Part shown: positions 59,940 through 64,000 of the stretch, in pieces
Numbering within the stretch: position 1 is the stretch's first letter
How the letters are laid out: every line of letters begins with the position of its first letter
Source: the human T2T-CHM13v2.0 reference genome, Homo sapiens
NCBI RefSeq assembly: GCF_009914755.1
Contig: NC_060936.1
Length of the DNA stretch: 64,000 bases
Reading direction: 5' to 3' (one strand)
Translations under genes and position numbers: made by a program
The notes under the pieces: model-generated
Told to the model about the DNA's origin: nothing
What the model saw: the letters and a program-made list of their open reading frames with translations, nothing else
Database searches by the model: none

Positions 59940-60455
59940 TGTATTAGTTCCTCATTGTTGCTAAAGCAAAATGCCACAGACTCAAGGATTCAGAAAGATG
60001 CATTCTCTTATATTTATGGAAATCTGAAGCCCAAAATGGGTGTTACTGGACTAAAATCCATGTGTTGACAGAGCTGCATTCTTTCTGAAGGCTTCAGGGG
60101 AGAATCAATTTCCCTAACTTTTTCATCTTCATCTTCTAAATGCCACCAGTATGTCTTAACTCATGGTCCCTTCCTTCATCCTCAAAGCCAAAGTGAAGCA
60201 TCTTCAAAGCTCTCATTTTCATTGTCTACTTTCATCATCACATCTCCTTCTTTGACGTTCCTGCCTCTCACTTTTTACTCACGAGGACTCTTAGGATGAT
60301 AATAAGTCCACCTTGATAATCTAGGACAATCTCCCCATCTCAAGAGCCTTCACATAGTCACCTCTGCAAAGTCTCCTTTGTTATGTATGATAACATATTC
60401 AAAGGTTCTGGAGATTAGGCATGGACATCTTTGAGGACTGTTATTCTGCCTTCCA
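59940..60455 (-). mobile_element. MLT1 (B/C-like) LTR adjacent to an older MLT1 remnant (~59640-59935)
   Basis: TGTATTAGTT...CAGAGCTGCATTCTTTCTGAAGGCT.CAGGGGAGAATC...CTGCAAAGTC...AGGTTCTGGAGATTAGG.ATGGACATCTTTGAGG. Confidence 0.7.
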
Positions 60456-61683
60456 CCACCTGTTACTAGGGGACAGAGGGCTCCCACACCACTTCAGACA
60501 TCAGATGCTCCAAAGCAATAGACTCAGATCATGGACTTGATGCCTGAGTGTAATGGAGTGAGTTCCTTTCTTGGAACAGGCAGGTTTTGTATTGGTATCA
60601 TATGTAGGCCTATTGTATAGTTGGAGATTGATACAAGTGATATTTGCACAGGGGAGAATCAGCACCTATGGCTTGGGGTTTTGTTTATGCTTCTTTAATC
60701 AGAAAAGCACTTGCTTGAGAAGGCGAGATCAAGAGTCCTTGTTGCAATGGCCATACCTCAAGGCATCAACTGAGCTTGATTGCTGGAGAGATGTGGCCTC
60801 TGGTAGCCAGACCTGCATTCAAAAGTTAGGTGTGCTACCATTTCTTTGAAACTTTCTAGCAGCTTGCATATAGAAATGCAATTTTAAGAAGCATATTCAT
60901 AATGAAGAAGCCTAGTGATGTAGAATTTGAGATTTGGCCTGGAAAGCCTGTGTTCAAGTTACCACCAGGCCCCGGTGAACGTGATCAAGACTTTTCACCT
61001 CTCTGAGCCCAGATTCACCCTCAGCAATCTCCTTGCTCTTTTTCACCACCAGAGGCCCCCTTGGACCTTCTCATAGCCACTCCCTTTCCTACCAGGCCTT
61101 CCTTCACCTCTCTCTTTGAAGCAGTGCCCATCCCCATAAGCATTCAGCCCGTCCTCTTCTCTGCTTACCCACTTACTTGTTTATTTATGTCTCTCCCCAG
61201 GTAGGTTGTTAGCTTCCTAGAGTGGGGCCTGTCTAGTTGATCCATGTATGTCCAGAGCCTAGAACAGTGCCTGATTAATAGCGGGTGCATAGTAAATATA
61301 TTTTTAAGAATATAAATGAAAGGTTCAATTTTACAAATAAGACATGTAAAGTCTAGAGATGTTAAATATAGATCCAAATCTAACAAATAGTACAATTTAG
61401 ATTAAAGCCTGTCTAGTCTTTCCATTTCCTAGTTCTGTGTTCTTTCAATTATATCAGTGTTTTTCCAACTTTATTGATGATGGCCCAAAGAAAAATATAC
61501 ATTTCATATATCATACACACACGTATATGCATAAAGTTAAAGAAGTCATATAGAAAATATTTTCCCTCACTATTATATGAAAATAAAAGTTTTATTTTAT
61601 ATCAAATGTGATTTTATTACTATTGGACTATTTTATCTTTTTTAATTTGAAAGTTGTGATCCACTAAATCGTCGGAATGGACC

Positions 61684-61976
61684 GGCCATGGTGGTTCACA
61701 CCTCTAATCCCAGCACTTTGGGAGACCAAGGCGGGCAGATCACCTGAGATCAGGAGTTCAAGATCAGCCTGGCCAACATGGCAAAACCCCATCTCTACCA
61801 AAAAATCGAAAAATTAGCTGCGCGTGATGGCATGTGCCTGTAATCCCAGCTACTTAGGAGACTGAGGCAGGGACAATTGCTTGAATCTGAGATGAAGAGG
61901 TTGCACTGAGCAGAGATTGTACCACTGCACTCCAGCCTGGGAGACAGAATGAGAGTCTGTCTCAAAAAAATAAAAA
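61684..61976 (+). mobile_element. Alu (AluS-like)
   Basis: GGCCATGGTGGTTCACACCTCTAATCCCAGCACTTTGGGAG...CACTCCAGCCTGGG..ACAGA..GAGA.TCTGTCTC plus A-tail. Confidence 0.9.
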
Positions 61977-62214
61977 TGACAATAAATCAATGTAATGACC
62001 CACTAATGATCTGGCATCCATAGTTGGGAAATATTCCCTTGTTTTGTTTTTATGAAAGATGTGTGAAATGGACTGTAATAGAGATAATATCTAATTTTTT
62101 TCTTGTGTGGGCATTAGCTAGTTAAGGACATTATTCATACTGTCATATGTCTTTGGTTTGCAAACTGTTATTTTGTCTCTTAAACATCTCTTGAATTGAT
62201 TTCCTTCCTCTGCT

Positions 62215-62368
62215 ACCTATTTGTGTAAATAAAGTTTTAACGAAACACAGCCATGTCCATTCACTCTGCAAGAGCCAAATTGGGCAATTGTGCCAGAAAC
62301 TGCACAGACCATGAAGCCTATTGTATTTTCTTTCAGGCCCTTTACAGAAAAAGGGCTGCTGACTCTTG
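62215..62368. mobile_element. MER58A-like hAT remnant
   Basis: GTAAATAAAGTTTTA..GAAACACAGCCATG.CCATTC...GGCCCTTTACAGAAAA...GCTGACTCTTG. Confidence 0.65.
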
Positions 62369-62811
62369 GTGTAGCGCCTCCTCCTGGATTGTCCGGATGA
62401 GTGCAGGCCCGCATCCCCAGAGCTCACCCCGGGAACAGTGACTGTCCATCAGGGGCTTCCTCAATCACATGCAGGTGTCCTTGCCTGCTCACATGTCTAG
62501 AATTGGATAATTTGAAAGAAAAGTTGTATTTTGTCCCATGCTGTGGGTTTTATGCTCAGTATATCAGATCCTTGTGGTTTTAGGAGGAAATGTGAAAAGG
62601 TAATGCCTAGCAACAGCACCAGGGTGTCGAAATCATTATCCATGTTCCCTCCCCTGGTCTATCCTGCCCTCGGTGCTCCCATTCCGGTGAGGGGCAGCAC
62701 AGCTGGGATTGGCTCCTCCTCTCCCTGTGTGGTCTCACAATTCCAGGGTCCATAGGAACCCAACATGATGGAAGTTAGAGGTGTTCATTCAAATATGAAA
62801 GCTACTTAACA

Positions 62812-63036
62812 TTTTTTCTTAAATTTGTATACACTTAAGGAGCATAAATGCAGTGTTGTCACATGGATATATTGCACAGTGGTGATGTCTGGGATTTTAG
62901 GGTAATCACCACCTAAGTTATGTACATTGTCCCCATTAAGTAATTTCTCATCCCTCATCTCCCTCCCATCCTTCCTCCCTTCGAGTCTCCAGTGACAATT
63001 ATTCCACATTCTGTGTCTGTGTATACACATTATTTA
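62812..63036 (-). mobile_element. L1MA-like 3'-end fragment
   Basis: ACATGGATATATTGCACAGTGGTGA.GTCTGGG.TTTTAG.GTAA.CA.CACC..A.T.ATGTACATTGT.CCCATTAAGTAATTTCTCATCCCTCA. Confidence 0.75.
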
Positions 63037-64000
63037 GTGCACAGAGTACACAGCTCATCTCATTTGACTTTTTCAAGGCTCTTGGGGAAGATGAGGTAGG
63101 AGTTGGCATTTATTTTCTGAGTGGAGAGACCAAATGCATGTGATTTGATGAGCCTGGCAGATCTGTACTCACCCCAAGGTGATGACACCTTGCTGCCCTT
63201 GACCCATAGACAATGAAGTGGCCAGGCTGTGTGGTTAAGAACAGCAGATAATTCTGTCTCACTGCTGGTGTCACCCATGCACAAAATGCTGGCTGGAGGA
63301 AGGGCTGGTGGGTAGTTGTTTTAAGTACGGAAATTGGTTAATGCCCCAAAGCCAATGCATTGAGTTGAGATTCTTCCCATGAAGCGCCGAAAGCTTTTAC
63401 AAAAGCCATCAATCTCAGCCCAACAAGGAAAGAGAGAGAAGAGGCCCTGGGTTTTGAAGAAGGGAAATTGAGGTGTTTCAGCAGGTCCTAAAACTATACT
63501 CAAACCTCAGTCCAGAATGAATGGATTTTCATCTCATCAACATTGGTAGATGCAGCCCATTTAGCATGACATCATAAACTGGAGGAAGAAGAGTGCAGAG
63601 AGCTCATTAGCATGAGTTGTCTTGGAAAGCTTTCGGAACAAGTTCTGAATTAATTAAAATTTCATTTGGATGATGAGCACATGGTTATATTTATTTTATT
63701 CTCAAGCCTTTCTATAGTAACTGAGGAGGCTCCCCTCTGCAGAATGCCTGATGGCAGTGGCCCTGCCATACATCATTTGGAGGAACTGAGAGGGTTATTT
63801 TTAACTCCCCATTATTGAAGAAAACACACACATCTGGAACATTGTGGGGGTGACGATCAGCTGTTCAGATGAGAGATGGTTTGTGGTAGGCCGTGCATCA
63901 TTTTCTAATTATTTTGACTCTGCTCGTTGCCGTAAACACCTTGGGCATCTAAAATCTGGCCCATTTAATCTCTAAATTGTATGCTCTCAGTCTGTCATGG

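Overview
Primate, almost certainly human, genomic DNA: repeat-dense, with no recognisable cellular protein-coding exon, RNA gene or CRISPR array. The main feature is a full-length, apparently retrotransposition-competent LINE-1 (L1HS, Ta-1d diagnostics) on the minus strand at ~13.74-19.82 kb. It has intact ORF1 (338 aa), ORF2 (1275 aa) and antisense ORF0 (71 aa), a perfect 14-bp TSD at a canonical TTTT/AA site inside an old MST LTR, and short non-L1 tags at both ends (13 nt at the 5' end, 11 nt inside the poly(A) tail) that probably record its source lineage. The window also holds a decayed full-length older L1 (L1PA5/6-like, 35.4-41.6 kb, 17-bp TSD), a twin-primed 5'-inverted L1PA16/17-like element, a complete THE1 provirus, several solo or nested THE1/MST/MLT LTRs, MER21, hAT DNA-transposon remnants, about 9 Alus, L2/MIR debris and simple repeats. 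Nearly all L1 and LTR elements face the minus strand, suggesting an intron of a plus-strand transcription unit. Non-repeat curiosities are a candidate recursive-splice site (31.0 kb), a 72-bp ~88%-identical local duplication (34.3/42.6 kb), a higher-order TG repeat and homeodomain motif clusters. I did not find a genuinely new biological system. Subfamily names and comparisons to consensus are from recalled sequences, not database searches.
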